From a virus, in the IMG/VR virus record IMGVR_UViG_3300045988_126281: a stretch of 64,000 nt of DNA; one strand, given 5' to 3'. The position numbers and the translations under genes were made by a program. Shown here in pieces: positions 48,044-57,651 of the stretch (the stretch's first letter is position 1; every line of letters starts with the position of its first letter). Under the pieces are notes generated by a model. It was not told the origin of the DNA, ran no database searches, and saw only the letters and a list, made by a program, of their open reading frames with translations.

Positions 48044-49195
48044 TTAATAGTTTTTAAGTTTATTACTTAAAGCAGAAACTACTGAAGCATTATCTGGGTT
48101 CTTAAACCAAATTACAGCCTCCTTAATATTACTTCCAATAAATTCTCCACTAGGAAGAACTATATTTTGATTATTAGGAAGTCTTGTAAGTTCTCCATGA
48201 GAAATAAGTTTTTCAATTATAGCAACAAGTCTAATGTCTTTATCGCCACAAATCTTATTAAACTTAACAGGCTCAGTAGCACTAAATTTATCAAGATTGT
48301 TTTCTTTTACAATAGTAGATTCAGCCAAAGAAGAAATAATAGGCAGACCATAGAAATTACAATACTGAATATAAACAGCATCGAAAAGTTCTTTATCTTG
48401 AACACAGTTAAGATAATTAGACTTAGCTCTATTAACTTCTGTCCTAAACTTAGCCAGTTTTTCGGCTTCTTTTTGGTCATCTTTAAAATAAAATCGAACA
48501 TTAGGGTCTGAATTAATAAAAGCAATATCTTTCGCAACATCGTTATAAAACAAGCAATGTCTATAAATAAGATACTCTTCTACATTATCAGGATACCCAT
48601 ATTGATATTTAGTGCTTTCAAGAGCATTAAGTTTGACAATTTTGTTTTTAAGAGCTTCTTTAAGTTTATTGAGGTCTTGGCGTGGAAAAGCATCATATTC
48701 CTCATTAATCTTATTTTCTTGTTCTTTAATGGCAAAAAAGTCTCTCTTTTTATAATAATGAAAACTGATATTAAGAGTCTTTCCAATCTCATCAACTTTA
48801 ACTTGGAAGTTATTAAGATATTGTTTTACTCTTGTAATAAAATTTTCATTATTAGGAGCTAAACCTATAATATTAGGAAAATAAGTTTCAACCTCAGCTT
48901 TATTAGCAGAAAGAGTACGAGAAGAAGAAATTGAACTTCCAATATAATCACTACGTTTGCCAATAATTTTATCATTAGCTTTACGATAAAGTGAATAATT
49001 TTTTACAAGAGAAATACTAACACTTCTTCTGTCAAAATATTCTCTATCAAGAGATTCATTTTCTTCACGTTGAACACCTAAATCTACTTTAACTTCTCCT
49101 GCACCAGGTTGAAGAGCTTCAGTAGGAACTTTCTGTTCATTACTATCATTGGGAACAGCACCCATTGCGAATTTAATTGTACCAGAATTAGCCAT
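48044..49195 (-). CDS. Hypothetical head-module protein (383 aa)
   Basis: ORF 26 nt downstream of the major-capsid candidate. Confidence 0.35.
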   Translation of the reverse strand: MANSGTIKFAMGAVPNDSNEQKVPTEALQPGAGEVKVDLGVQREENESLDREYFDRRSVSISLVKNYSLYRKANDKIIGKRSDYIGSSISSSRTLSANKAEVETYFPNIIGLAPNNENFITRVKQYLNNFQVKVDEIGKTLNISFHYYKKRDFFAIKEQENKINEEYDAFPRQDLNKLKEALKNKIVKLNALESTKYQYGYPDNVEEYLIYRHCLFYNDVAKDIAFINSDPNVRFYFKDDQKEAEKLAKFRTEVNRAKSNYLNCVQDKELFDAVYIQYCNFYGLPIISSLAESTIVKENNLDKFSATEPVKFNKICGDKDIRLVAIIEKLISHGELTRLPNNQNIVLPSGEFIGSNIKEAVIWFKNPDNASVVSALSNKLKNY

Positions 49196-49221
49196 AACTT
49201 AGTTGTTTATATTTTTATTTA

Positions 49222-50694
49222 TTAGAGCGAACACTTCAGTAAGAACATCTTTGTAGAGTTGTTCACCTGAAGTCCAATAGAAGATTTAACCTCATAACGA
49301 GCCATATCAACTTCTGTAGCTGCATGATTGGTATTAGGTAGACCCCAGCAAGCTGGAATATCAGTCATACCCTCGATAACCTTAGCTTTGTAAATCTGAC
49401 CTTTCTGACGAACAAGACGAACATTACGTTCTCCCTCATAAGTAGAAAAATCAATAAATGCAGCTTGATGAGAAGTAAGAGGATAGCCTGTACGAGGGTG
49501 AATCATACCATTTTGTTTTGCAGCTTCGGCAATAGTTCCTTTATCAAAGAAAGAACAATGCTTAGCTGTAATTGTATGACCTTCTACAGTCTTATACTTA
49601 CGGAAATAAGCACCATACTCAAGACCATCACCGGAACCTTGAATTTCTTTTTCACCAAGAGGAGTAAGGAAACCATTTTCTTTAGCATCAAGCTTCATAG
49701 CCTCATCAAAGTCCTCAAGGAAACCTTTACCGCCCATGAGTACAATATCCATTGTACCAGTATCAGTATCTCTTTCAAGAACATCACCAACAGTTCTCTT
49801 AATCTTAGAAAGAGTAAGATACTCTCCATAGGTATCATAATTAGATTCACGGCAAATTTCAAGCATACCAGCAGTATGAGGAATTGGTTTACTGTTATCT
49901 CTATCTTTAAGACCAATTTCACCATTTACGTTACGGTTATATTCGGCAAGCCAAAGTCTTTCCTCATTCATAACACGCATTGTAAGGTTAAATTGACGCA
50001 TTTCCTCGTTAATCCAAAGTTTAGAAGAACCGCCTTGAGCATTCTTAAACTCATATTGAGTAATTACGTTAGCAAGATTACCTGCAATTTCTTTAGAATA
50101 TCTATGGAACTCAAGCTGAGAAGTCATCTTACCATAAGACATAGAATTGCTTCTATTACCTTTAGAGTAAGATTCACTAATAGTAGGAGCACTCATAGAC
50201 CAATACATTCCTTGCTTAAGGAAATCTGGATTTACATAAGCTTCTGGATTAGGAGTTGTAAGTTTAAGAATATAGGCATATCCATAAGGACTTTCACCTA
50301 AATCTTTTTGAATACGAACTTGGGTCATTCCATCAGGAGCAATAAGACCATATTGCTCAATAAACCAATGAGTAGCAAAATGAACCTCAAATTCAACACC
50401 ACCTTTACCAGGAGTAGTATTATCAGGATTGAAATAAGTAACCATATCAGTAAACTTCATTCTACCCATAACAGGCCAAGTCCACTGAACAGTATCAATA
50501 TCAACAACTCCTGCTTTACCTTGACCCTCAGTCATAAATGTAAGAGGGAATCTATCATCGTCCATACCATAATTATAAGTAAGGAACGAATTAATTTCTA
50601 CTGGCTTTTGAAGTTGAAGATATGCAATGCTTTCTTCATTAGAATATCCTCTGTCCTCATAACGACCAGAAGAAATTTTACGCATTTTATACAT
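49222..50694 (-). CDS. Major capsid protein candidate (490 aa)
   Basis: Its size and its position after the terminase, portal and scaffold-like genes follow the canonical head-module order. GC is elevated. Homology not verified. Confidence 0.55.
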   Translation of the reverse strand: MYKMRKISSGRYEDRGYSNEESIAYLQLQKPVEINSFLTYNYGMDDDRFPLTFMTEGQGKAGVVDIDTVQWTWPVMGRMKFTDMVTYFNPDNTTPGKGGVEFEVHFATHWFIEQYGLIAPDGMTQVRIQKDLGESPYGYAYILKLTTPNPEAYVNPDFLKQGMYWSMSAPTISESYSKGNRSNSMSYGKMTSQLEFHRYSKEIAGNLANVITQYEFKNAQGGSSKLWINEEMRQFNLTMRVMNEERLWLAEYNRNVNGEIGLKDRDNSKPIPHTAGMLEICRESNYDTYGEYLTLSKIKRTVGDVLERDTDTGTMDIVLMGGKGFLEDFDEAMKLDAKENGFLTPLGEKEIQGSGDGLEYGAYFRKYKTVEGHTITAKHCSFFDKGTIAEAAKQNGMIHPRTGYPLTSHQAAFIDFSTYEGERNVRLVRQKGQIYKAKVIEGMTDIPACWGLPNTNHAATEVDMARYEVKSSIGLQVNNSTKMFLLKCSL

Positions 50695-50736
50695 ACGACT
50701 TAAACTTTTAAATTAAACATAAACAACAAGAAAAGA

Positions 50737-52023
50737 TTAATAACCAAGGTCAATATCTTTTCCATTCTTTGCATCGTTAGTAGTAGGTTTAGTAATCTTT
50801 AAAGTAGATTTATTATTTTGTTTGGCTTTAAGTCTAATAGATTTAACTTCTTTTTCATTAATAGCCATATCTACAAGATTAGAATAATTACCACCAACAA
50901 ATGTTAGATAAGCACGAAGAATTTCATCATCTCTACGAGCATTTTGGTCTTGGGCTGCCAAATCTCTCTGATATTGAGAAAAACCTTCTTTATCAACTCT
51001 ATAAAGATAATTGAAGAAATCATTAGGCGTAACAGTAAGTTTTTGTCCATTTCTATTAATAATAATAGATTCAGGAATTTGATAATTAGCAATTTTTCTA
51101 CTATCTATAACTTCTTTAACGCCATTCCAATAATCTTGGTAATAACGTATTTCTTCGTCTTGTGCTTTCTTTGCTTCTTCTGCAAGTTTAGCTTTTCGGT
51201 CAGCATCATATTGTTTAAGATTATTAAGTTCATCTTCTGCAATAGTAGCAAGACTACCACTAGATTTAAGATAATCTATATAACCTTCAACATCGCCTTT
51301 AGCACCTCTTTCTTTCCAAGCAGTACGAATAATTTCTTTTTGCTGTTCCTCGTTATCTTTGTCTAAAGTGACATCACTTCTATCAACAACTTCATTAAAT
51401 CCTTCAAGACTATTTCCATTAGCTTTATAATAGTTAATGGCATCTTTAATAAAAGGATATTGAGTAAACAAAGTATTAAGAGCAGCTTCAGCTACATCAT
51501 TTTTCGATACTTCAACAACGGCATCAATGTAACTTTTTATACCATTAGCGGTATTTTCAAATTGTATAGGTTTTTCGTCATCATCGACAATTTCAGTGCC
51601 AACAGCTTTTATAATGTTGTCAATAGTAATATCATTTTCATTTGTATCATCTACATTGAAATTTTTAATCCAATCAGCAACATCTTTAGCTTCCTTAAAA
51701 ATAGCACCTTTATCATCAATGACATTTCCGTTTTCATCAACTGTATAAGTTTTATCATCAAGTTCAAATTTAGTACCAGAAGAATATTTAGATTTATTTT
51801 CTTCAGAACCTTCATCTTTTTTATCTTCTTTAGGCTCTTCTTTTTCTTCATTAGTAGTACAATTTCCTAAATCAGTAGTACCATTAGAAGTTTCTACTTT
51901 ACCAGTAGAAATATTAGTTTTTTCGTCCGTTGGAGGAATAGGTTCATTTCCTTTTCCACCATCAGTAGGAGGAGTAACATCTGTACTTGTCTCACCTCCA
52001 AAACCAAAATCAAAATCAGGCAT
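50737..52023 (-). CDS. Acidic Lys/Glu/Asp-rich protein (428 aa), scaffold-like
   Basis: Low-complexity acidic N-terminal half and coiled-coil-like composition. Sits between the portal and the capsid candidate. Promoter-like element D and a terminator hairpin lie upstream. Confidence 0.35.
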   Translation of the reverse strand: MPDFDFGFGGETSTDVTPPTDGGKGNEPIPPTDEKTNISTGKVETSNGTTDLGNCTTNEEKEEPKEDKKDEGSEENKSKYSSGTKFELDDKTYTVDENGNVIDDKGAIFKEAKDVADWIKNFNVDDTNENDITIDNIIKAVGTEIVDDDEKPIQFENTANGIKSYIDAVVEVSKNDVAEAALNTLFTQYPFIKDAINYYKANGNSLEGFNEVVDRSDVTLDKDNEEQQKEIIRTAWKERGAKGDVEGYIDYLKSSGSLATIAEDELNNLKQYDADRKAKLAEEAKKAQDEEIRYYQDYWNGVKEVIDSRKIANYQIPESIIINRNGQKLTVTPNDFFNYLYRVDKEGFSQYQRDLAAQDQNARRDDEILRAYLTFVGGNYSNLVDMAINEKEVKSIRLKAKQNNKSTLKITKPTTNDAKNGKDIDLGY

Positions 52024-52140
52024 ATCTTTATCAGTTTTAAGAAGTTTACTTTATGCAATTATACAAATTTCATTAATAAGTTCAACAATAAAATCATTAA
52101 TAACTTTATTAAAAACCAATTTAATAAATAATACTGTGAA

Positions 52141-52191
52141 ATATAAAACTAAAATATTTTATAAATTTCAATCAATTTTAAGCCGCTCTGA
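52141..52191 (-). promoter_or_regulatory. Conserved late promoter-like element, copy D (upstream of the scaffold-like and capsid genes)
   Basis: Minus-sense TCAGAGCGGCTTAAAATTGATTGAAATTTATAAAATATTTTAGTTTTATAT, ~120 nt upstream of the ATG at 52023. Confidence 0.45.
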
Positions 52192-52283
52192 TGCAAAATA
52201 GTCTATATCTGATTAGTACCACATTCAATACTATAAAAGTGCATTAGAGCGCAAAGAAAGTGCTAATAAGGCAAAATTAAACT

Positions 52284-52323
52284 GCCTGTAAAGGAGTATT
52301 CAGTCGATTCCTTTACAGGCAGT
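52284..52323. terminator. Perfect 13-bp hairpin made of two inverted copies of the 17-nt motif (bidirectional terminator-like)
   Basis: ctgcctgtaaagg-(14 nt)-cctttacaggcag. T-rich tracts on both sides (TTTAATTTT minus-sense, TTTGCTATT plus-sense). Lies between the portal and scaffold-like genes. Confidence 0.5.
52311..52323 (-). repeat. 17-nt motif copy (minus-sense), 3' arm of the intergenic hairpin
   Basis: Pairs perfectly with the copy at 52284-52296. Confidence 0.8.
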
Positions 52324-52354
52324 TTGCTATTAAATCATCATTTCCAATATCATC

Positions 52355-54772
52355 TTATTTTTTACTTCCAGATTTAGTATCATATTTATTCTTATTTTCT
52401 TTAGCAATTTTAAGTTTAGTATCAATATCCTTTTCTTTAACTTGTCTATCTCGTTCTGCATTAAAGAAATCAATAGCCATCTTTTGACGTTCAATACTAT
52501 TTTTATCTTGCTGGATAGCATTACGTTGAGCTTCAAGTCTATCAATACCTTCTTGTTTTTCAGTATCAGAAACATTTCCAGGATAAGAAACCATATTAGC
52601 ATCAGCACGAATAAGTTCAATTTGTTTATCAATTTCACCTTCAAGAAGTTTAGTCTTTCTATCTTCTTCTCCTTTCATCTGTATCTTTTGCAACTCAAAT
52701 TCTTGCTTCATTTGTTCTAATTGTTGGTCGAGTTGCTTAAGTTCATTTTCATGAGCTATCTTTTCATCATTAAATCTATTAATAAGTTTAACGATAGCAG
52801 CAACATTATCTCCTTGAATTGCAGCAACAGCAGAAGTAAGGTCACCATTTTGAGCAGCACTAAAAGCAAATTGTTTAAGTTGGTCAAGTTTTTCTTGTTC
52901 TTTAATAGAATTTTTAGCTTTAATTACGTAATCAGCATAAATGTGCTTATCAATATCAACAGAAACATATTTAAGATTATTTTCATCATCACGATAAGAA
53001 GTATCAAGTCCATCAATCCACGCAAATTTAGAATAATCCATATCACGAGCATAATCTCTTTCACGCATTAAATCCATCATATATTCTATAATAACAGAAC
53101 CCATACTGCCTCTGACAATGGCTTCTTGAGTAGTTCCTTTACCAGCAGAATTAGCAATATCCCCATATCTTTGAGGAGTCATATCAACTTGCATCTTAGC
53201 TGTATTTTCAATATCAGCTAAAAGATTAGTAAGTTGAGTAAGATAATCTCCAATATTATTTTGAAGAAATCTTACTTGTTGAGCACGAAGCATTCCTTGG
53301 TCTTCACTATCATCAATATAAAGAACTCCATCAGCAATCATTTTATAAATTGTATCTTCTGGGACTTTACCAAGAAGAGATTTAGCTATCATAAGGACAT
53401 TAAGTTTATTTTTGGCAAGAACCATTTCTCTATGATAAGCAACAATATTATAAAATACTTGGAATGGAGTAACAATATCAAGAATACTAAACTTACCAAA
53501 ACCAGGAAATAATTCATTCATTCCATTATAAGGAAGTTTACCATTTCTATTATAAGCAATGGCACGAGCTTTATATGGATAAATAGCATATTGTCTACAA
53601 CCTATCCTTGTAGATTCATATACTTGTGGAACATAAATATATTCCATAGAAATATCTCCAATATCAAAATTTAATTCATAATCATCTTCTTCCATTCTAG
53701 TAGAAATAAATCCTGCTTGATTTTGATAAGTAACAATACATCTTCTAATTTCACCTCTCCAAACTACATGCCAAACATCGTAAAGATTACTATTTAAATC
53801 TCTAATCATGCTAGGCTCTTTACTAAAGAAAGCTCTATCTTCTTTATTAAATCTACTACAAATATCTGGATAAAACCTTTCATAAGTAGCAAAATCAAGA
53901 GGAGTTGTAGGATGCCCGTTTAAAGCATAATAATCTTCAAGAAATTTTCTATCTACATCAGTAAGATATTCATCAAATTCATCAATTATCTGTTGATATG
54001 TAAGTTTACGTCTTTCAGCAAACATATCATAATCTTCAGCAAACATATTATCATTAGGAATAGGAAAAGCATCTCTTAAAGAAACAACTCGTTTAATAAT
54101 TTTTTCTCCAATAACATCGGTATAAGTGTAACATTCACCAAATGTTACCCATTCAAAATATGCTCTTGAATAAATAAGTTTATCTTCTGTAATATCACGA
54201 ATTACATTAAGAATTTCTTGTCCTTGAGCAGATATATCATCAATATATTTTTCATTAAAATCTGCAATAAATTCTTCAATATTAAATTGTTCTTGAGGAT
54301 TAAATTGTTGAGGGTCATTACCTTGATTAACCCAATTAGCATAACTTTCTTGAATTTTTGCAGCTATTTGTTCTTGAACAATAAAAGCAAGTTCTTGACG
54401 AAGTTTTGAATTTCTTGCAAGAATTACTTCTGGATTATTAGCACCAACAATAAAATCATGAGGATTTTTGATATATTCAGAAACATATCTTCTAATAACA
54501 CCTTTCATAATATCGTAATTCCTCATTGTAGCAGGAAAACGAGTATATTTTTCATTAGTAGCATTATAAGGATTTAGAATCTTTTTATAAAATTCAGAAG
54601 GAATATCACCTTTAAGAACTCTATATTTTTTTTCTAAATCAGAACTATTTCTAATATTCTGACCTTGTGCTATAATCCAATCACAACAGCCAGCATACCA
54701 TTCAGGTTTATTTTTCTCGGCATTACTAACTCGCTGACGAGGAAAATCATATTCTCTTGGAAGTTCAACCAT
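52355..54772 (-). CDS. Portal protein candidate (805 aa)
   Basis: Immediately downstream of the terminase candidate. Has a long C-terminal coiled-coil/charged tail (KQLDQQLEQMKQEFELQKIQMK...), as in crAss-like portals. Confidence 0.5.
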   Translation of the reverse strand: MVELPREYDFPRQRVSNAEKNKPEWYAGCCDWIIAQGQNIRNSSDLEKKYRVLKGDIPSEFYKKILNPYNATNEKYTRFPATMRNYDIMKGVIRRYVSEYIKNPHDFIVGANNPEVILARNSKLRQELAFIVQEQIAAKIQESYANWVNQGNDPQQFNPQEQFNIEEFIADFNEKYIDDISAQGQEILNVIRDITEDKLIYSRAYFEWVTFGECYTYTDVIGEKIIKRVVSLRDAFPIPNDNMFAEDYDMFAERRKLTYQQIIDEFDEYLTDVDRKFLEDYYALNGHPTTPLDFATYERFYPDICSRFNKEDRAFFSKEPSMIRDLNSNLYDVWHVVWRGEIRRCIVTYQNQAGFISTRMEEDDYELNFDIGDISMEYIYVPQVYESTRIGCRQYAIYPYKARAIAYNRNGKLPYNGMNELFPGFGKFSILDIVTPFQVFYNIVAYHREMVLAKNKLNVLMIAKSLLGKVPEDTIYKMIADGVLYIDDSEDQGMLRAQQVRFLQNNIGDYLTQLTNLLADIENTAKMQVDMTPQRYGDIANSAGKGTTQEAIVRGSMGSVIIEYMMDLMRERDYARDMDYSKFAWIDGLDTSYRDDENNLKYVSVDIDKHIYADYVIKAKNSIKEQEKLDQLKQFAFSAAQNGDLTSAVAAIQGDNVAAIVKLINRFNDEKIAHENELKQLDQQLEQMKQEFELQKIQMKGEEDRKTKLLEGEIDKQIELIRADANMVSYPGNVSDTEKQEGIDRLEAQRNAIQQDKNSIERQKMAIDFFNAERDRQVKEKDIDTKLKIAKENKNKYDTKSGSKK

Positions 54773-54784
54773 CTCAATTAAATT

Positions 54785-57022
54785 TTAAAACCAATCTCTA
54801 TTTAAAATATCAACTTGTTCAAGATTTTCCTCATCAAGAGGTTTTCTACTTGTAAGTTCAGATTCAGCTCTGAGTTGCATAGCTTTCCATTCTATGCCAC
54901 GAAGTATCATTTCAGATACTCTATCAAAATTACCTTTACTATTCCATTTCTTAAGTTCAAGAATAGTTTGATAATCATAAATAGTATGAAAATTTCTTAT
55001 AGGATTTCCAAATTCATCTTTACCAATTTCTTCATAAAGAAATTCTTTAAGAAGTCTAATACCATCAAGTTTTCTTGTAGCAGAACCCATATTATAACCA
55101 TAAGTTGAACTTGTTTTACCTTTTAATGTAGAATCCCAAACATATAAAGGCTCAAATGAAAGATAACGAAGTGCATTCCACTTTCTAAAATTAGAAACAG
55201 TTTCACCTCTATTAACCTCAACATTTGTAGTTCCAATGCAATTATAATATTTAGCTAAAAGATAACAAATATGGTCAGCTTCTTCAAGTTTATCAGTACG
55301 ACCATAATAAGAAGCAACAAGTTTTTGTTTATATCCATTAACAGCACAAGGATTCATCCAAACTTTAATACTGTTATGAGAATGACGATTAGTAATTTCA
55401 TTTTTATCTTTATCGATACCAACGGGGTCATAAGTTATACTATAACGACCATTAGGTATTTCTTTCTTCGTTTGATAAGCATTTGAAATAATATCATATT
55501 CGGGAAAGAAAAAAATTCTAACACACCCATGAGGGTTTTCATTACTTCTACGAGGAACACCTTGAATATAATCAAATACTTGTTTTCCTTGTTCTCTCAA
55601 TAATTTATTTGAAGTAAATTTAACACCTCCAGCAACTTCTTCTAATGCTCCGTCAATATAAAATTTTAAATCTTCATCAATACGAAGTCTATTTTCCCAA
55701 GCAGTAAGTTCTTCAGAACTAAATATATTTTCAGTAGCACTACTAAAAGATTCAGCAGGAAAATTAGCATATTGTCCAAGATAATTGATATAATCTGCAT
55801 AAGTTTTAGCACTTTCTTTTTTCTTAATACGTTCTCTTTTTGCTATTTCAAGACCTACAAGTATATTACTATTTCCATTTTCATCAACTCCTTTAACACC
55901 AGAAATTTCTCCTTGAAGTCCCCAACAATAAGGCTTAAAAAAACCACAAACTTCATTACGAGAATCTCTATCCCAAACATTTTCAAAAGGCATAAAATTA
56001 AAAGTTTTAGGATTATAAAAATTCTGTTCAAAAGTTTGCATATTACCAGAAGTAGCAGTTCCCCAAGCACAAAGAAAACCAGTTGTATAAGCACCTGTTC
56101 TCATAGCAGGTTCAGTAACATTCATAAATTCATCAAAATTTTCCATAGTAGAAACTTCTTCTACTTTGACTTTAATAGCATCTTTACCAATTGCACAATC
56201 AGGATTGTTCATAGCAGAAACAGAAATTAAAGAACTACCCCAAGATTTATCTGCTTCTGTACCATTAGGTAACTTATAACCAAGACGAAAATCAGTTTTC
56301 ATTGTACTAAGAATACCTCTAACAAAAGGAGTATTTTGTTCATAAAAACGAATATCTTGTATAGCAAAATCTGTAAGACCTCCTTTTTGAGTAAGATATT
56401 TTGAATCAGCAGCTATATGAATAACTACTTTACGAGATTGAAGATTTACAGTATTTGCAGAATCAGAAGCCATAATATAAGAAAATCCTCCACGACGAGT
56501 TTTATCTATAAGAAAATGAAAACCATTATTTTGTGCAAATTCCATAGCATGAAACGTCCAAAATTGAGCATCAATAAATTTAGGAAAATTATAATATTTT
56601 TCAGCAGTATTTATATTACCAACTTTAACAGTACTTTCTTTTAATTGCTCGATACGTGTATAATTAAGAAAATTATAATGAGAACCTGTAATTCTAACAT
56701 TATGAATACTGCCATCAGGATATAAAAGGCAAGGTGCAGTAAAACCATTTTTACGTCTATATTGTTCTCTTTTTCTTACTTGACGATGAGGAATACTATC
56801 AACTTTATAATTAGTAAACACTTTATTTCTATTAAAATAATCAGCCATTTCAACAAAGAGTTCAGTATTAATAAATCTAACACCTGGCTGAATATTCATA
56901 AGAAAACCTCCACTATCGCCTATAAGAAATAAATCATCTGGGTCTTTATATCCACAATCTTTAGCATGTTTATAATGTGATTTATCCTCATTAATGAACG
57001 ATAAAAAAGGATAATTATCCAT
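54785..57022 (-). CDS. Terminase large subunit candidate (745 aa)
   Basis: Size and position directly upstream of the portal candidate. I could not pin down a Walker A motif, so this is a synteny-based call. Confidence 0.45.
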   Translation of the reverse strand: MDNYPFLSFINEDKSHYKHAKDCGYKDPDDLFLIGDSGGFLMNIQPGVRFINTELFVEMADYFNRNKVFTNYKVDSIPHRQVRKREQYRRKNGFTAPCLLYPDGSIHNVRITGSHYNFLNYTRIEQLKESTVKVGNINTAEKYYNFPKFIDAQFWTFHAMEFAQNNGFHFLIDKTRRGGFSYIMASDSANTVNLQSRKVVIHIAADSKYLTQKGGLTDFAIQDIRFYEQNTPFVRGILSTMKTDFRLGYKLPNGTEADKSWGSSLISVSAMNNPDCAIGKDAIKVKVEEVSTMENFDEFMNVTEPAMRTGAYTTGFLCAWGTATSGNMQTFEQNFYNPKTFNFMPFENVWDRDSRNEVCGFFKPYCWGLQGEISGVKGVDENGNSNILVGLEIAKRERIKKKESAKTYADYINYLGQYANFPAESFSSATENIFSSEELTAWENRLRIDEDLKFYIDGALEEVAGGVKFTSNKLLREQGKQVFDYIQGVPRRSNENPHGCVRIFFFPEYDIISNAYQTKKEIPNGRYSITYDPVGIDKDKNEITNRHSHNSIKVWMNPCAVNGYKQKLVASYYGRTDKLEEADHICYLLAKYYNCIGTTNVEVNRGETVSNFRKWNALRYLSFEPLYVWDSTLKGKTSSTYGYNMGSATRKLDGIRLLKEFLYEEIGKDEFGNPIRNFHTIYDYQTILELKKWNSKGNFDRVSEMILRGIEWKAMQLRAESELTSRKPLDEENLEQVDILNRDWF

Positions 57023-57355
57023 TTATTTTAAAATTAAACCAATTAAAAGACCTATAATACAGCCACTACTTATAATAGTAACTGTTTTATAAGTCTTTAT
57101 ATTTTTAGAAAGTTTTTCGTTAAGAACTGTTGCATTAGCAACAGTTTTTCGACATTCTCCAATAACAATATTTTGTTCTATAATATATTTATCTTTTTGG
57201 ATTATAAGAGAATCTTTTAAAATATTAAGGTCTTTATAATATTCTCGTTCAATAAGTTTAGCATTAATTTGTTTAATTTGTTCAAGATTAAGAGTAATAC
57301 TAGTATCAGCTTTTTGGTAAACTCCCTGTAAAGGAATGTGTTTATTACTTGCCAT
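57023..57355 (-). CDS. Small tail-anchored membrane protein (~111 aa; start moved to internal Met MASNK)
   Basis: The ORF-track version (to 57478) overlaps the upstream gene by 134 nt in another frame. ATG at 57353-57355 removes the overlap. Has a C-terminal TM helix (TVTIISSGCIIGLLIGLILK). Confidence 0.35.
   Translation of the reverse strand: MASNKHIPLQGVYQKADTSITLNLEQIKQINAKLIEREYYKDLNILKDSLIIQKDKYIIEQNIVIGECRKTVANATVLNEKLSKNIKTYKTVTIISSGCIIGLLIGLILK
57322..57334 (+). repeat. 17-nt motif variant (CTCCCTGTAAAGGAATG) at the start of the 111-aa membrane-protein gene
   Basis: One mismatch (G3 to C). Encodes HIPLQGV. Confidence 0.5.
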
Positions 57356-57650
57356 CAACAAGTTCCCAAAAGTATTTAATACTACCAGAATCATTAAGAT
57401 TCTTAATATATTCAAGTTGCATTTCATAATAATTATTTGTAAAATTAATTCTATTATTAATATTGTTAATATTAGCATTAATAGAATCTCTTTGATTCTT
57501 TCGATAAGTAGTATCTATTTTGGCATTCATATATTTATCTAAATCAGATTTAAGAACTTTAATTGTCCAACCTTGATAAAAACAAAATCCAGCTAAAAAG
57601 AAAACTACTATGGTTAAAAGTATTAATAAGAAATTCATTTTAATTTTCAT
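57345..57650 (-). CDS. Small type-II membrane protein (101 aa), holin/spanin-like
   Basis: N-terminal TM helix (FLLILLTIVVFFLAGFCFY). Immediately downstream of the lysozyme gene. Confidence 0.4.
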   Translation of the reverse strand: MKIKMNFLLILLTIVVFFLAGFCFYQGWTIKVLKSDLDKYMNAKIDTTYRKNQRDSINANINNINNRINFTNNYYEMQLEYIKNLNDSGSIKYFWELVDGK

Positions 57651-57651
57651 A

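Noticed and set aside
57023-57478. Full-length 151-aa version of the ORF overlapping 57345-57650 by 134 nt
   Set aside because: The N-terminal 41 residues are low-complexity and overlap the neighbouring gene in another frame. The internal ATG at 57353-57355 gives a sensible 11-nt overlap.
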